From Candidatus Electrothrix sp. GW3-4 (GTDB lineage Bacteria; Desulfobacterota; Desulfobulbia; Desulfobulbales; Desulfobulbaceae), in the NCBI RefSeq assembly GCF_037902255.1, contig NZ_CP147990.1, forward strand, positions 2,430,001-2,462,000: a stretch of 32,000 nucleotides of DNA, read 5' to 3'. A model generated the notes under the pieces. The model was not told the origin of the DNA. It worked only from the letters and a program-made list of their open reading frames with translations, and did not search any database. Both the position numbers and the translations under genes were made by a program. Shown here piece by piece: positions 30,926 to 32,000 of the stretch (positions are counted from its first letter, which is position 1; every line of letters begins with the position of its first letter).

Positions 30926-32000
30926 TCAGGCAGCCATTTCCCCTGCCGAGCTCGCCAGCACGGCCTCAATACTCTTGGGAATTCCCGTATCTGCCAGCAG
31001 TTTGGCCCCAGGGCAGCGGGCTGCTACGGCCCCGGGCATCTCCCGGTACAGGCTCCCTGCCGGATCCTGGACAATCCCGGTCCCACCGACCCGCAAGACC
31101 TCCTCCATCCCCTCTCCTCCATCCTCACCCATCCCGGACAGGACAACAGCCACACTTTTCTCTTTTATTCGCTCGGCCACAGAGTAGAAGAGCATATCTA
31201 TTGACCCCCTGCGCGTGGCAAAAGGGGCTTGAGAAAGATGGAGCACCAATTCCCCCTCCAGCTCATGTACGGTCAGGTACTCATCGCCTGAGGCAAAATA
31301 GCAGACCCCGGCTTCAATCCGGGCGTTATTCTCTGCCCGCCGGATAATCAAGGGGGAAAGCCGGTTGAGATACTTAACAAAGGAATCCAGATGGCGAGAA
31401 GGGGCATAGAACATCACCAGGTATGCCACAGGAAACTGGGCAGATAAATGAGGCAGGAGCTTGAGTAAGGCCCCGTAACCGCCTTCTGCAACGCCCAGGG
31501 CGACAAGCCGTTCGCAGCGCTGACCTGCAAGGGCAAGCGCATCTTTCTTTTCCTGACTCACGGCCCGCACATATTTCACCGCCTCCAGCTCAACTTCCGC
31601 TGCCAGACGCACCTTACGCTCGATCTCGCTGGTCTGCTCCTCAAGATTTATCTCTCCGGTATTCGAGGGCTTAGCAACAAAATCCACTGCCCCGTATTTC
31701 AAGGCATCAAAGGTAACGTCAGCCCCTTCTACAGTCATTGAGCTCAACATCACGGTAGGAGTAGGGGCCTGGATCATCAGGTGTTTGATCGTTGTCAGGC
31801 CATCCATAACCGGCATTTCCACATCAAGGGTCACCACGTCTGGTTTGAGCTGGGGAATGATCTGCAACGCCTCTTCCCCGTTCTCTGCTTCGCCAACAAC
31901 TTCCACAACAGGGTTGTCTTTAAAGATATTGGCAATGACCTTTCGCATCATTCTGGAGTCATCGACAATAAATAAATTAATCTTCTGATCAGCAGCCTTT
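30926..32000 (-). CDS. REC-CheB-like protein (catalytic Ser and His both replaced); 5' end outside the window
   Basis: The reading frame stays open to the window edge (..KAADQKINLFIVDDSRMMRK), so the true start lies beyond 32000. REC is intact (IVDDS, VTLDVEMPVMDG, DFVAKP). In the CheB-like domain, GVAEGG replaces GASTGG (Ser to Ala), VMFYAP replaces QHMP (His to Tyr), and LSGMGEDG keeps the Asp. Confidence 0.85.
   Translation of the reverse strand, partial: KAADQKINLFIVDDSRMMRKVIANIFKDNPVVEVVGEAENGEEALQIIPQLKPDVVTLDVEMPVMDGLTTIKHLMIQAPTPTVMLSSMTVEGADVTFDALKYGAVDFVAKPSNTGEINLEEQTSEIERKVRLAAEVELEAVKYVRAVSQEKKDALALAGQRCERLVALGVAEGGYGALLKLLPHLSAQFPVAYLVMFYAPSRHLDSFVKYLNRLSPLIIRRAENNARIEAGVCYFASGDEYLTVHELEGELVLHLSQAPFATRRGSIDMLFYSVAERIKEKSVAVVLSGMGEDGGEGMEEVLRVGGTGIVQDPAGSLYREMPGAVAARCPGAKLLADTGIPKSIEAVLASSAGEMAA

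Noticed and set aside
30841-31347. 168-aa Pro/Arg-rich plus-strand ORF and others (30899..31204, 30975..31187)
   Set aside because: They are antisense to the REC-CheB-like CDS, and the proline-rich low-complexity translation is a typical shadow frame.
1-32000. tRNA, rRNA, CRISPR, IS elements, integrases or toxin-antitoxin pairs
   Set aside because: No cloverleaf-like or rRNA-like sequence, spaced repeats, or transposase/integrase-like ORFs were recognised in any frame of the supplied ORF track.

Overview
The window looks like chromosomal DNA from a Gram-negative bacterium, since it carries the lipid A genes lpxK and lpxC. The domain repertoire (DUF4388, MJ0042-type zinc ribbons, PilZ, NikR) suggests a Desulfobacterota/deltaproteobacteria-like genome, but that is inference only. 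All homology calls are by-eye motif recognition on the supplied translations; no searches were run. There are three zones. (i) 1-3.3 kb is a compositionally heterogeneous accessory patch. It holds a GC-rich gene for an HU-like/DUF4469-like DNA-binding protein, then an AT-rich pair of secreted-protein genes (one with a LAS/M15 peptidase domain), then about 430 nt without a credible gene. (ii) 3.3-13.4 kb holds housekeeping and metal genes: nadE, an orphan LivJ-type binding protein, lpxK, lpxC, a three-gene set (CbiO-like ATPase, Cys-rich mini-protein, His-tailed membrane protein), a decayed PPC/DUF296 gene, nikR and an M48/TPR protease. (iii) 13.5-32 kb is an uninterrupted minus-strand run of 15 genes forming an atypical chemosensory supercluster. 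In transcription order it reads: REC-CheB-like (partial at window edge), giant MCP, cheW, cheY, HAMP-only membrane protein, giant multi-Hpt cheA, REC-CheB-like, zinc-ribbon ParA-like ATPase, NitT/TauT-type ABC transporter (permease, ATPase, membrane-anchored binding protein), PilZ, HAMP-only membrane protein, TauE/TSUP permease, DUF4388-REC-CheB-like. The most interesting signal is that all three CheB-like proteins keep a canonical receiver domain but none keeps the full Ser-His-Asp methylesterase triad, and no CheR is present in the window. No rRNA, tRNA, CRISPR array, transposase or integrase was seen.
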